Under the pieces are notes generated by a model. It was not told where the DNA came from and searched no databases. It worked only from the letters and a program-made list of their open reading frames with translations. Shown here one piece after another: positions 1 to 14,242 of a DNA stretch of 53,181 nucleotides. The first letter of the stretch is position 1. Every line of letters starts with the position of its first letter. Source of the DNA: Macrostomum lignano. Lineage: Eukaryota. A program made the position numbers and the translations under genes. Where the stretch lies: assembly GCA_002269645.1 (NCBI GenBank), contig NIVC01003068.1, positions 1 to 53,181 on the forward strand, read 5' to 3'.

Positions 1-1190
1 ATAAAAAATCTAGTGGTATGACTGCGGGCCAGGGGAGGGGAGAGAGAGTAAGGGCCAGAGGGAATAGAGAAGAGATAATAGAGATAGGAGAAAGGAGAGA
101 CGAAGGAATAATGGAGAACAGAGGAGAGAAGAGAGGAGAGGAGAGGAGAAAAGAGGAGAGGAGAAATTTGTTACAATTTGCCGTTCGGAAGACCGTGTTG
201 CTAAAACTGGCTCCCTTTTGCCAAATTTGAATGCACACTTGAACTGATTCTGCCATAGTTGGCCATAAACATATTGCCGCAAGGTTAATGCTTTGCCTAT
301 GGGCTTGCCAAAAATGAAGACACTTTGCCAAAGATCGAAATAGTATTTCATCAACATGGCTGACCAAAGCAACACTGACGTGGGGGACAGGATGCTACCA
401 TTCTGAAAACTGAGTTTCTTCTTAATCTTCTTTCAACATCGTTTCCGTCAGAGTTATCATTATCAGCTCCCGGTGCAGGTGCACTGCACTCGCATGGAGG
501 TCGCTTTTTCATAGATTTGACTGAACATGAAAAAATGAGCAAGTCAACTGGCTACTAAGCCATCGATAAGCAGCTCAAGGAAGTTCGCTCAGCTGATTTA
601 AATCCATTCTAGACTATCAGTGTCATTAACTCGCTTCACTGCTCATCGAAGGTTCATTTAAGCGAAAGAAATAAACTTGATCTGAAATCTGGAATCCTTA
701 GTAGGGTCTGTCCTTGAAGTCAAAGAGAGCTAATTTTAAACCGCGAGCTTTTTATAAAGAATATTGCAATAACTCCCAGGTGAAGAACTGCTGGATCTCC
801 CCTGCGGATAAAAAGTTCCATCTTATTTTTCTCTCAAGCACCCCCGGCGATTCCCCCATTCTCCTAAAATCCAATCTCTTTTTTCCCAGTGCGCCTGCTT
901 GTCCGCTCGACCGCGCCAATCGATGGTTATCTGACTGATTGGAGAATGGGGTGGGACTCGAATGACTCGGATAGCCAGAAAATAATTGGGGGCACCGAGT
1001 ATCCTGCAATGCCTATATAGGACTTACACTGAGTAAAAATCTTGCACGATATCTTCTTCATCAACCATGGAGACATTATGAGTTATAAGGGTAAACTTTT
1101 TACTTCGCTAGAAGCAATCAAGCAGAGCCCTGATGTCCTTTGCAACATTTATCACAAGATTTATTGGTGATTTAGGACTTCTGGTTGGCT

Positions 1191-1790
<600 letters not shown>

Positions 1791-3445
1791 GATTGCAAAT
1801 GCTCCTGGCCAATTGTAAGTAGCTCCTGCTGCACTTTGAGCAGGGGGCGTTGTTTTTTTTAAACGATTTTTTAAATGTGTTTTCAGACATGACTATAAAT
1901 CAATAAATGAAGATTTATTTTAATTCGTAATTTGATGCGGGCGCTCAACCAGGGCTTTGCCTGCTTGCTTGGATAATACATTTAGCTCGTTGGAGCGAAT
2001 ATAGGAGCGTCTCGTCTCCTTTGACAACAATTGTTATAGAGCCCGCCTTTCGCCGCTTTTATTCCTCGCAACTCCAAACATTGCTTATATAAACTATAGC
2101 CTATTATTAGATGCAAGTATTTTTATTACTCTGGATGTCTCTAATAGCTGCAACTCAGCAACAGTGAGGTACTTTTATTGATAGGCGCCTCAATCAAGGA
2201 TATGGAATTCACGGAGTTTTAACTATGGACGCTAGGTGGCGGGATAATAAGCCAACGATACAAAATCTTCGCAGAGCTAGTGAAGAGTTTTCATTAGCAG
2301 GCGACTGTTAATTGGTGCATTAGTGGCCATAGTGTAGCAGTTACTTCTTTGAAATCGGCATAGTTCATGCAAAAATTCGGCTTTTGTTATGAATTAGAAA
2401 TATTTCAACTTTCGAAATTTCCTATTCCGAAAAGTGAAGCAGGCATATTCTTAACCTTAACTGAGATTGACTCGTAACGTCGTGACCAATTTATTCCTCT
2501 TTTGGCCCCCTTTTTGGCTAGTGTCAGTGTCGCGCGTGTTTGTATAGGAATACCAAACATAGGGCCGTATGCAGAAAGCTCTGTCTAGGGTAGTCCGGTC
2601 TTGAAAAGCTAGTCTAGACTTGGATTTGGTATGCAGAAACACAAAGTTAGACCGGTCTACTATAGCAGAACTAGGCTAGCTAGACCATAGACTATAGACT
2701 GAACTACCCAAGTCCGGACTAGCTAGTCTGGACTAGGCTTTCTGCATACGGCCCATAGACTAACTAAAACTAACAGAAAACACGTAGATACTTTATAGTG
2801 TGTAAAGTATGTCTGTCTGAAAAAAAAACAGCTGGTGAAAATTTTTTTTAGAAAGTGCAGAAAGCTTGGCGAGCTGTTCAGTGAAAATGCATATTTCTGC
2901 AGTTCCGAAGCCGCTGCCTCGAGTTGCATAACAGTTCTAATCTTCGACATTTTGGTCGCTCTCCAACTACGCTCAAGTGTGCCCTTGTGACGGCAATTGC
3001 TAGGCTAAATCTTCTCTTAAGGGTCATTTTGCAATCTCTAGAGAGCTTATAACTATAGCGTACTTTAAGTAAGATACAAAAATCTTACTCATCGTATGTA
3101 GCGTATGTTCTTCAACCGACTGTTACGAGGTTCGGCCTGTTTATCACACGTCCGAGTTGAATAAAAGTAGTTTAACTCTTTTTAATCGTGTTTACATGTA
3201 CTCAGCAAACACCAGCTATTACTCTAGGACTACACAAGTAGGAGGGGTAACTACGTTTCTTAGGAATGGTTTTACTAAATAATACATTACGGGGAACGTG
3301 GAGTTTCTCATTCATATATTACAGCACAAAGTTTGTAATTACTTTTGATAGGGGGCAGACCCAATTTTCATCTTTTGATTTGTCGTGCAAACTTTTTTAC
3401 CTCAAGGGCCAGATAGAGAATCTAGTGGCAAGACTGCTGGCCAGG

Positions 3446-3952
<507 letters not shown>

Positions 3953-4069
3953 ATTGCTATTGTAAATTTTCAAAGGACCGAGGGCCAGAGACCTCTGTTT
4001 TTGTATTCGTTGATATTCGTAGGGCTTTCGTTCAAAAAGTTAGGATTCTAAGCCGTACTGAAAACTATA

Positions 4070-6498
4070 TCTAAATATACTAAATCTCTAAGGTTTGTAT
4101 GTCCATAACGCTCTAGTTAAATACTAAAAATGTTTCCCAGGGCGCGCGCTGCATGCTTGCTCAATTCACCCCGCAAGCCAGTGTGTTGCATCCTAATTTT
4201 AAAATGTCATTCAATAGGCAACAGGTTGCTGCTTCAGCCTGACCTCTACCTGAACCGGGACGTGATCCACAATGGGAGATTTTAATAAAACAAATGTTAG
4301 AAATATTCTGAAAAAAACATGGATTTTGCTGCAGTAGAAATTGATTAGAGATATCGCCTTCGAGACCTTCATTTTTCTTCATCTCTAGCCATTGCTACAG
4401 TTCCGTAAATTCAAGAAGCGAATACCGTTTAATAATTCATGAAAAGCAAACAGCATATTCAGTCACTTTACGTGCGCTGGCCTACGCCTGCCTGCTTAAA
4501 TCATTTGTATGCGCAACATGTGGTGTGCGTGTGCGTTTGACTCGCGTCTTGTGGCCAAATACGTACCTGTGTTGACTCAAGGGGCACAGATGTCATGTAT
4601 ACCTACTATGAACGCTACCAGGGTGTAATTAGTAAATCAAAAAATTAATGCAATAAATACGGACTTGTTAAGAATACAGATTCAGACACTACTTATAGTA
4701 ATTCAACTAGACCTCCACCCGGAGGCAAAGAAAGGAATAAGTTTTTTAATAATCTGCATGTAACTTTTGACCTCTGTCACTTGCGCCTCCTGCCAGCCAA
4801 CCTAATAAGGCTTAAGTCTTGCTCAAGCTGCTCTCGCGCAGGTGAAGGAGACGGCGCAGCGTGACACCGTGGTCGTCCTCGGAGACCTGAACGCGGTTTT
4901 GCGTAGGTCCGAGTGGTAGCTGTTTGTGACACCACACGAGAACGAACGGCAACAACGGAGCGCTAGCTGGAGGCCTTCATCTAGAGGTAGAACATAGTTC
5001 AACCAACACCCGCTTCCGCAAGTCATTCGGCAGGCTCGCGACCTTCATGATCGAGCTGCAAGGGGAGGCGGGGGAACGCTCGCGGCCGGAATACGACGCT
5101 GAGGCAGGCACTGCTCGATCACTTGCTTGTGCATTTTCGTGAGCGCCGCTGTACAGTGTCGTCAACTGTCCCCACCACCATCACGCCACTGGCTATGCGG
5201 TCCGACCATCGGCCCCTTGACTGCGATCTGCGCCTACGTGATCCTCTACCGTCCTCCGAAGCGGCCATCGCGGCGTTACTACCGTACGCTCAAGGACACC
5301 CAGCAGACATGTCGCCATCTCGCTAGCGCCTTCGTCAGCGCGCTTGGCGACACGTGCGACACAGCAAGCAGTCCCGCTGATGCGACCGGCCCAACGTAAG
5401 CAGTCGGTCTGGCTGGATGACCCAGCGATTCGGCAAGCGAGGGCAGAGCTGGAAAGGCTCCGTCTGAGCAGGCGGCAACTCGTGAGGCAGAGTCTCTGGC
5501 GGCTGTCTACCTGCCATGCAGAGACTTCCTGCCTGTTGCGGCTGTCGCTGAACGAGTACTTGCCGCCCCATCGCGGCTCAGTGGCGCAGATCTTTATGGG
5601 GTCATTAATAATCAGTTTTTAGTCTGTCTGGTGTGATCTGCAGGTGTACGTTCTTGAGTATGGATATCGATGCACCTGATGGTCGAGGAAATCTCGAACG
5701 TGATGATCGCGCTTTTTACTTTTAATTTTTCAGGCCATCAAATTAAGCATATGATCTGAGATCGTTCTCGTTTTTTAAAACTTAACGATATTGTTATAGC
5801 TAATTTTTATGGCTACATATGTATGACCTTTCCACACACAGGAAGAGTTCCTGCATGACTTTGTGCAGTTGGCCGGACTCACTGGGTATTTCACTGCACG
5901 CCTGTGGGCTCTGGCATCGCAATAAATGACAAAAACTTAGCTGTTCACAGATCTGGTTCACAGAGCTGCAAGTCGGGCAGGAACTCCTCCTGTGTGTGGA
6001 AAGGTCATTCTGGTGCAGATTGTGACTGCATGGGCAGACCTACTCAGAGCTGTTACGCGGCAGTTTCTGCCATTGCTACGGCAAACTTTGGCTGCCTGCA
6101 GAATTGCATTCAAGACAACAACGCTGCACCACATCGAGAGAAAATTACACATGCAGCTGCTTGAAGGAGCAGCTCGACATTCGCGCGAGCGTACTTGCAT
6201 TCGGAAAAAATCATGCATACCTACACACAGTATATCCGCTTATCAATTATAATCGGCAGCCATGTAGACATGAAAAATTAGGTTCATTAAAAAAGGTCAA
6301 AAAGGATAGAAAAGTTTTCATAGAATTCGCTATAATGCAAAAAAAGATTTGTTATGTTTGTTTCTATGAATTTAAAACCGCTAATGGATGAGATATTTTA
6401 AAATTTAATTAAAGTATGTGAGTGACCCGCCGCACTACCCGGCCGGCCGGCCAGAGGGACAGATTGGCGTAGGCCTACGCAGATAGAGCAGCGTCTAG
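4070..6498 (+). mobile_element. Probable Helitron (same 5' end as the 31-32 kb element)
   Basis: A|TCTAAATATACTAAATCT at 4070 is identical over 18 nt to the other element's 5' end. The palindrome GCGTAGGCCTACGC (6467-6480) is followed after 14 nt by CTAG|T (6495-6498). That these two ends belong to one element is inferred. Confidence 0.45.
4825..5620 (+). mobile_element. Decayed non-LTR retrotransposon (LINE) fragment, AP-endonuclease domain
   Basis: Across frameshifts and stops it reads VVVLGDLNA, STNTRFRKS..RLATF, LLDHLLV and RSDHRPL, corresponding to the GDFNA, NT.F, IDY and SDH motifs of APE endonucleases. Confidence 0.8.
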
Positions 6499-9400
6499 TA
6501 ATAGTAGTATATTTAGATTTAAGGCTAATGCTTACGTTTTGGTTGAAGCATGGGTAGGTCTAGCCTAGCAATATTACCTTGCAGCAAGTAGGCCTAGCTT
6601 GAATGCTACAACAACAATCTAAATAACTAATATTAGGCCTAGGCCTAATCATTAATTTCATATTAACGCCGGCAATAAAGTGGTTTTCTTTACCTTGGCT
6701 GCCTGCTGTTCGCTTCTGTTTATTATTTATTTATGTATCCAGATTCCAGACTATGCCTAGGCCTACTTCAGTGTGTTCAAATAGAAATTTGTGTCATTGT
6801 GTTAAGTCTTAAGATTTAGGCCCTAGGCCTAACAAAATTTCATTTGGTAGGGGCCTAGCTAGTTTATAGTATAGTTAAATTATAATAGGCTTATAACATT
6901 AACATACTTAATTTAAGTAGTAGGCCTAGGCCCTATATACCTTGCCTCTATAAAGGGACAAATCATTATTTTTTAAGTTTGTGTTTGATTTTATTCCTAA
7001 TTTGGGTCTTATCCTATTATTATTTAGCATAGGCCCACTAGTTATAGGCAAAACTATGGCTAAATTGTTTGTTTTTCTCTATTAGTATTATGTCTAGTTG
7101 TAGCCAAAAGATTAAAAATTATAGTTGGTTCCATTCTTAACTATTTTATTCTAGGAGGCTATTCTATTCATTTAATAATTCCTATCCTAGCCTTGCCCTT
7201 AGTAGGCCTATAGTAATAATAATAATAGTTATAATTAAGCTTTATGCTAGGCTATAGAGCCTATAGCAGAACTAGATTTATTAGATAAAATTTAGGCTAG
7301 GCCTACTTTGTATTATACAATAAGAATAAGTCTAGTAATATAAATTCTTGATCTAGTATTTTTTATTCGCCTAAAATAGCTGAATCATTGGCAAAAGCAA
7401 TTTTGGGCATTGCATATATGTATATGACATAGAGGTTATTTGTCCTTATAGGCCTAAATAATCTCACAATGCCACCAGCTGTTATAGGGGTTATTTCTTC
7501 TTAAGACTACTGGTTATTAATTGCCTTTCCACTGGTAGCACATGTACTTCTATTGGTAGCATATGTACTTCTATTGGTAGTATATATATTTCTATAATAT
7601 TTTCTAGCCTGAATAGTCTTTAGGCACTGTCTATTCTATCCCTATATTCCTCTAAAGATTTTAGTCTCTCAGTCCTAGGCATTCCCAGGATCAGAGGGTC
7701 ATAGCTGACTTGCTGGATATTCTGCCCCAAGACAGGTTTCTCAGACTCTGAGTCTAGACTTCTCTACCTTGTGATAGGATTCCTGCCTTCTAAAGGCGAT
7801 TTCTCAGATCTTAGATCTAGATGTCTTGTTCTCTGAGAACAGACTAAACTCCCAATCTTGGGGCAACTCCTATGTCACTATCTACTACTTGAAATAAGTA
7901 ACACAAGTGATTACAAGCCTACTAAGGCTGATTGGATTTTATTTGCAAAATAAGCAGGTAGGCACAATCAAAGCTTGAGCTCAAAGGTGAGAAAGGAAGA
8001 AGCAAACCTTTATTATGGTCAGGCCCTCAGATGGCCCCTATTTATAGTAAAAATTTCATTATAGTTTTAAACAAATGATTGTACAAAATATACAAAATAT
8101 ACAAAATATTTCTAATATTTGTTCAATACAACAAAGTATTAGTTTTCGAATGTTACAATTTTCTAAGAAATAAAAGAAAATTTGTTTACTAAAATCGAAG
8201 CCTATTGCATATATAAGATTAAAATTTTAATGAAGAATATTAGTTATATAAGTTTATTAATAACTTTTGAAAGCCTTTTAAAAATATACCTTTATTAAGC
8301 AAGTAGTTTATAAATAATATGCCTATTTCAAGGATGCTCTTATGATGTCTATTTTAAAGATATACATATAAAGTACCTATTGCTTCATGACAATGAGTCT
8401 ATATATAGTTAGGACTATATAAAATAGCTACTAGAAAACTTTAATTAAGAAGTATTGCTACATCTTGCAAATTCTTTTGACATAAATCCCTACAAATTTA
8501 AACAGCTTTGTTTAAGGCTATTTCTTTAATTGTATAGACAAGCTTTTGGTATAATCATTTGGCTCATTCCATATAAGATGGACATTTTTGGAAAATAGAA
8601 AAAGTCAATATTTTTGCTTGCCATTGCCTTATCAGCCAATGTTTTTTTACCAAATGTTTTTTATGTGTAGTATCTACAATCTAAGAATAAATGAATGATA
8701 AAATGTTGGATTAGTATGTTATCAAGTGGCAAAAAGTCATTTTTGTAAAAATTTGGACATTTTTCTAAGCAAAAGACATCATTAAATTTGTGTACCTTTT
8801 AAAAACAAATAGAAAGCTTTGGAAGGTTGAAACAAACTATAGATAAAAGTATAGTACTTGCATCATCAGATAAAAGTATTGGTGACCAAATAATCTATTA
8901 TATTTTTAATATATTGGTACCTCAAAGTTACTGAATTGACAGAAAAAAAATATGTTACGACCATAATGTTACAACCATAAGGCTGCCTTTTCTTTTGTAT
9001 CTTTGTTGCCTTTTTGAGTTTATATATTCTACAAAAAGAATATGATTACTGAAGATGTTCTTAGTCAAATTTTAAAAAATGTATTGCAAAATATCAAAAA
9101 TAAAAAATGTTAAAAGACTTTTACCTTTTAGTTTCTATATGTCAAAAATCCTGTTGTTACAACCATAAGTGCCATTCAAGGCTTAATAGCATCTATACTA
9201 ATGATGATATCTACATGAAACTCTATAAAAATATTCTTGACAAAATTATCTTTAATTTAAAATATTGGTTTAGTATATTTTATTATTATATTTCATTTTA
9301 TAAGTAAAAATAGCCTGTCATGTTATAACCGTGCTTATATGGAATGAGCCATTTGGTTTTTTTTTACCAAAAATGCAGTCCCATGCTAGGTCTAAAACCC

Positions 9401-10496
9401 CCATACTTAACTGATAAATAGTATGCCAGGTGGTGTAAAAAATTTCAAAATGAATAAAAGTCCTATCTTTAACCTATCCCTTCTACATTGCTCTGACTTC
9501 AAGTTTAAGCTAAGTTAAGTTCTAAATTCCCAATGTGCTACATGTCTATTCTATTGAATTCTATCTTATTTTGGATCAAGTATTAGATAATTTAATTTGT
9601 TATAAGTTTGGTAAGTTGAAATCAACCTCAAAAAGACAGTGTGCCAATTTGGCATTAGGGGTCCAAATCTAAGATGCCAAAATTGAAGTCAAGATGCTAT
9701 AGCACCCATATACCAAAAAAACTAGATAATCATGTAAGTTCAATAGCTATATAATTCTGTGACTGTTGATAAAGTTAGAAAGCTACAAGGCAATGTCTAA
9801 TTGTAGCCAAATGATGACTACTTAAAATGATTATAGAGTTTTATAACTTTCCAGTTTCTTGTTACATTTTTATAGTTACTTATATTGACTTTTAAGATCC
9901 CCCTTATATAGTGCTAGCATAAGGCCCTATAGGACTAGTAATTGAGAAAATTAGCTCTGGTGCAATGTGGTAGTGCCATAATTTAGTAACAGTACAACAG
10001 TATGCCTAACAATTATAGAAGGTGTATCTAGCATGTGTCTGCAGGATTCTAAAAGTTTTTGGTATGCATCTGTAGGTTTTTAAAAATTATTCCAATGAGG
10101 GCATTAAGTGGTTAAAATTAGAATTTTAATAAAAGGTATTTTAAGTTAAGAATAAAAATTATTATTTTACCTATGGTATACTAATGCAACCAACTATTGC
10201 AATATAATAATTTACATTTGATTATCTTCTTTGACCAAAGCATGACTAAATTATAAGAGCCACAAGTTTAAATGCTAGCACATTGGCCATCATTTGGTAG
10301 CTGCTTAATATAGCAAACAGTCAATTAGCAAAAAACCTGTGCTGCAGCTAGGGTAAGACAAGAAGCTGGATGCCCTACACATTAGCTTATTGTTATTTTT
10401 GTTTGGGCCTAACTTTCAAGAGCACATATCAAGATCAATGCTACATGTAATTGCTCACTTATTAATTTATTATTGCCCTCGCCGAACCTGGGTTTC

Positions 10497-11471
10497 ATGG
10501 ACCCCTCAGCAGCAGCAGCTTGCAAAGCCTCCTCCGGCGGCAAGCGACGTCGTAAGCCCCTGAAATCTCAGACGCCCCAGGCGTCTTTGGTGCCTCAGAT
10601 GTCCCTCTCGCTTCATCAGCAGCAGCAGCAGCAGATGCCGCCGCATCAGCAGCAGCCGTTGCATTCGCAACCTCAGCTGCCTCATCATCATCAGCAACAG
10701 CATCAGCCGCATCATCACATGCAGCAGCAGCATCAGCCGCATTCCTCTTCTGTCCAGCATCTGCAGCAACATCAGCCGGTTCCTCATCATCAGTTACTGC
10801 CGCACGCGCTCGCCCAGCAACAGCAGGCGGCCGCATTCGGCTTAGGCGAGCACCTGTCACTGGGGAGCCTGCGCATCAGCTTTGCCCCTGTTTTCACTTG
10901 CAACCTGTGCGAGCGAGCATTCACCGATCGGGCCTCGTTTGAGCAGCACAATACTACTCATATTCGCGGCGAACTACTCATCAATACTACTAATAATAAC
11001 AGTAGTAACAACAGTACCGTTCCAAATCGGCCAGTCGCAACCTCGGATTCTGCTGGCGGAGCCGCCGCCACCACCGCTGCATCGGCCCCAACTGGCCCCA
11101 ACACCACCGACGTCCGCGGCGGCAAGCGGAAGCCGCACAAATGCGAATTGTGCCTGAAGCAGTTCCGTCAGAAGGCCCACCTCAGTCACCATTTGATGAC
11201 GCATTCGGGTGCCAAGCCGTTCAAATGTTCCGTTTGCGAGCGCAGCTTTCCGCAGCAGTACTCGCTTAGTCGGCACATGCAGCGCCACAACGACGACCGG
11301 CCATTTGCCTGTCCGATCTGCGGCCGGGCCTTCCGCCAGAAGGTGCACCTGGACGCGCACGAGCGGACGCATTCGGGCCACAAGCCGTTCTGCTGCCGGT
11401 TCTGCTCTAAGCAGTTCGGGCACCGGTATTCTCTTGATCGGCATGTCAGCCAGCTGCACCCTCTGGCCTGA
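10497..11471 (+). CDS. C2H2 zinc-finger protein (1 isolated + 4 tandem fingers, N-terminal basic NLS-like and poly-Q/H region)
   Basis: The ORF track starts at TTG 10473; the first ATG is at 10497 (MDPSAAAA). Fingers: CNLC..HNTTH, CELC..HLMTH, CSVC..HMQRH, CPIC..HERTH, CRFC..HVSQLH, with SGAKPF/SGHKPF linkers resembling TGEKPF. Apparently a single coding exon; an upstream exon cannot be excluded. Confidence 0.9.
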   Translation: MDPSAAAACKASSGGKRRRKPLKSQTPQASLVPQMSLSLHQQQQQQMPPHQQQPLHSQPQLPHHHQQQHQPHHHMQQQHQPHSSSVQHLQQHQPVPHHQLLPHALAQQQQAAAFGLGEHLSLGSLRISFAPVFTCNLCERAFTDRASFEQHNTTHIRGELLINTTNNNSSNNSTVPNRPVATSDSAGGAAATTAASAPTGPNTTDVRGGKRKPHKCELCLKQFRQKAHLSHHLMTHSGAKPFKCSVCERSFPQQYSLSRHMQRHNDDRPFACPICGRAFRQKVHLDAHERTHSGHKPFCCRFCSKQFGHRYSLDRHVSQLHPLA

Positions 11472-11659
11472 CCGGTTCGGTTCTGGCACACTTCACTGCC
11501 TTGAAGATTGGCGCTGAAATCTCGCATCCGTCACTCTGGAGCCCCTTCCTACCTGAAAGAATTGACTATCGCCCTCCCAACAGTGTCTGGGCACCCGTTT
11601 TTGGAGGCTTTTGATCGAAGAATTGTACCCCTAATTGTGCCTAAAAATAAAGAGCCTTA

Positions 11660-12010
11660 AGACTTGGCTGCCAGTGAAATTTCACTGCCAGTGACATTTT
11701 GACTGCCAGTGACATTTGATAGCCAGTAGTGGAAATCGATGGCCAGTGTCATTTGACTGCCAGTGACATTTGACAGCCAGTGAAAATTGATGACCAGTGA
11801 CATTTGAAAGCCAGTGAAAATTGATGACCAGTGACATTTGACAGCCAATGACATTTGACAGCCAGTGAAAATTGATGGCCAGTGTCATTTGACTGCCAGT
11901 GACATTTAACTGCAAGTGAAATTTTACTGCCAAGGTACATTCATTTGACATTTGACTACCAGTGAAAATTGATGACCAGTGTCATTTGACTGCCAGTGAC
12001 ATTTGGCTGT
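11660..12010. repeat. Degenerate about 17-19 bp minisatellite (GCCAGTGACATTTGACT / CCAGTGAAAATTGAT)
   Basis: Directly visible, and runs into a short CCCTAA-like tract at about 12025. Confidence 0.9.
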
Positions 12011-12339
12011 CTAAAATTGACCGATAGCCCTAACCCATACCCAAGCTTATTTTGTAAGCTTGACGCTCGACAGTGCTTTAACTGAATTTCTCTAGCTTGT
12101 CTTAAGTACGAGTATTTCTTTTTTTTATCCACTAATTCCACTGCTGCACTTCTAAATTGGGCGCTATATACTGTATGTGTATTGGCTGACAGATATCAGA
12201 ATTACTACGAGTATATAGATTGTCTGAGATAACAGTAAATACTTCTGTCTTTGAAGGCACTGAATAGTTGTACTGGCTTTATCTGCGTTTCACTACTAAC
12301 TGGTTGTAATTAGTAGTATGTTGAGCTTCAGATTGGATT

Positions 12340-12600
12340 TGCGACTTTTGACTGCGGACGATCAAGTTTAGATTTAGGGTTTAGGTTAGGGTTTTGGTTT
12401 ACGTTTGACTTAGAGTTTAGGCTAGGGTTTGGATTAGGTTAGACTTAAAGTTTAAGTTAGGGTTGTGTTAGGGTTTGTTTGGGTTATGATTTAGGTTAGT
12501 GCTCGTGTTTGGGTTAGAGTTTGACTTATGTTTAGGATTTAGGTGAGGATTTAGGTATGGATTAGAGTCGGTAGTCAATTGGTGGCAGTGAAGAGTCGCA
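12340..12600. mobile_element. TIR-bounded element with degenerate (TTAGGG)-like core, copy 1
   Basis: TGCGACTTTTGACTGC ... GCAGTGAAGAGTCGCA are imperfect inverted termini around a TTAGGG/TTAGGT-rich interior. Confidence 0.6.
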
Positions 12601-13224
12601 GACCTCTAAGTCTGTCTACTAAACGTGGAACATCTGTCAAAAATGGCGCATGTTAATGATACACAGCATTGCGTACTTCAATGCTTTATTTCTCCAGCTT
12701 TGTTTTGTTGCGTGTTTCCTAGATTTTTTACCTGTATATTTATTGTATAGTTAATTATTAATCGAACTTAACCATAGCCAATAAATATTGTTTATTCACT
12801 AGCCATACTGTTAGAGTATCTTGTTGCTAATGTGTTTGTACATACATACTCTTAGATGGTTGCTGAGACACGGATTAATATAGCACTCTATGCTGTGGTT
12901 GGGTTAACAATATATTATTACCTTTTAAATAAATCCACGAGGCATGAATCCAGCTGTCTGTAAATTTACATTCACTATCAAATATTATTTCCATATTTAT
13001 CGTTTTGTTAAGTAAACTTTAACCGTATAGCAAATTATTATATTTTGCTATTATTAGCTGTACAATCCTTTGTTTCTTATAGATCAATTTAATTATACAA
13101 TTGAATTGAAATTCACCTATGTATAAGTTGTAGCTTTATTAATTTTTTTTTATTGCTTTTTGTCTGTACGCAAGTCGTATGGTGGACATATTAATATAGA
13201 TTGTGTTTTTAGGGTGGGTAGCTG

Positions 13225-14150
13225 CGATGGGGTAGCACCGCACTGAATACCCAGGTGAGCAGGTGGGGGGGGGGAGGGGTAGCACCGCACTGAATACCCA
13301 GGGGAGCAGGTGGGGGGGGGAGGGGTAGCACCGCACTGAATACCCAGGGGAGCAGGTGGGGGGGGGGTAGCACCGCACTGAATACCCAGGTGAGCAGGTG
13401 GGGGCGGGGGTAGCACCGCACTGAATACCCAGGGGAGCAGGTGGGGGGGGGTAGCACCGCACTGAATACCCAGGTGAGCAGGTGGGGGGGGGTAGCACCG
13501 CACTGAATACCCAGGTGAGCAGGTGGGGGCGGGGGTAGCACAGCACCGCACTGAATACCCAGGTGAGCAGGTGGGGGGGGAGGGGTAGCACCGCACTGAA
13601 TACCCAGGGGAGCAGGTGGGGGGGGGGTAGCACCGCACTGAATACCCAGGTGAGCAGGTGGGGGCGGGGGTAGCACCGCACTGAATACCCAGGGGAGCAG
13701 GTGGGGGGGGGTAGCACCGCACTGAATACCCAGGTGAGCAGGTGGGGGCGGGGGTAGCACAGCACCGCACTGAATACCCAGGGGAGCAGGTGGGGGGGAG
13801 GGGTAGCACCGCACTGAATACCCAGGTGAGCAGGTGGGGGCGGGGGTAGCACCGCACTGAATACCCAGGTGAGCAGGTGGGGGCGGGGGTAGCACCGCAC
13901 TGAATACCCAGGGGAGCAGGTGGGGGGGGAGGGGTAGCACCGCACTGAATACCCAGGTGAGCAGGTGGGGGGGGGGTAGCACCGCACTGAATACCCAGGT
14001 GAGCAGGTGGGGAGGGGTAGCACCGCACTGAATACCCAGGTGAGCAGGTGGGGGGGGTAGCACCGCACTGAATACCCAGGTGAGCAGGTGGGGGGGGTAG
14101 CACCGCACTGAATACCCAGGGGAGCAGATGGGGGCGGGGGTACTGTTGCA
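13225..14150. repeat. G-rich about 39-45 bp minisatellite (GGTAGCACCGCACTGAATACCCAGGTGAGCAGGTG(G)n)
   Basis: Roughly 22 units with variable G-run length. Confidence 0.97.
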
Positions 14151-14242
14151 CCGCACTATAATAGATATATTCTCAGATTTTATACTAGCACAGTTAATAA
14201 GCAGCGGATTTCATAACCACATGCTTTCAGCAGCAAGGCCAG

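Noticed and set aside
12370-12560. True telomere or chromosome-fusion scar
   Set aside because: Short, highly degenerate, bounded by inverted termini and repeated at about 28 kb.
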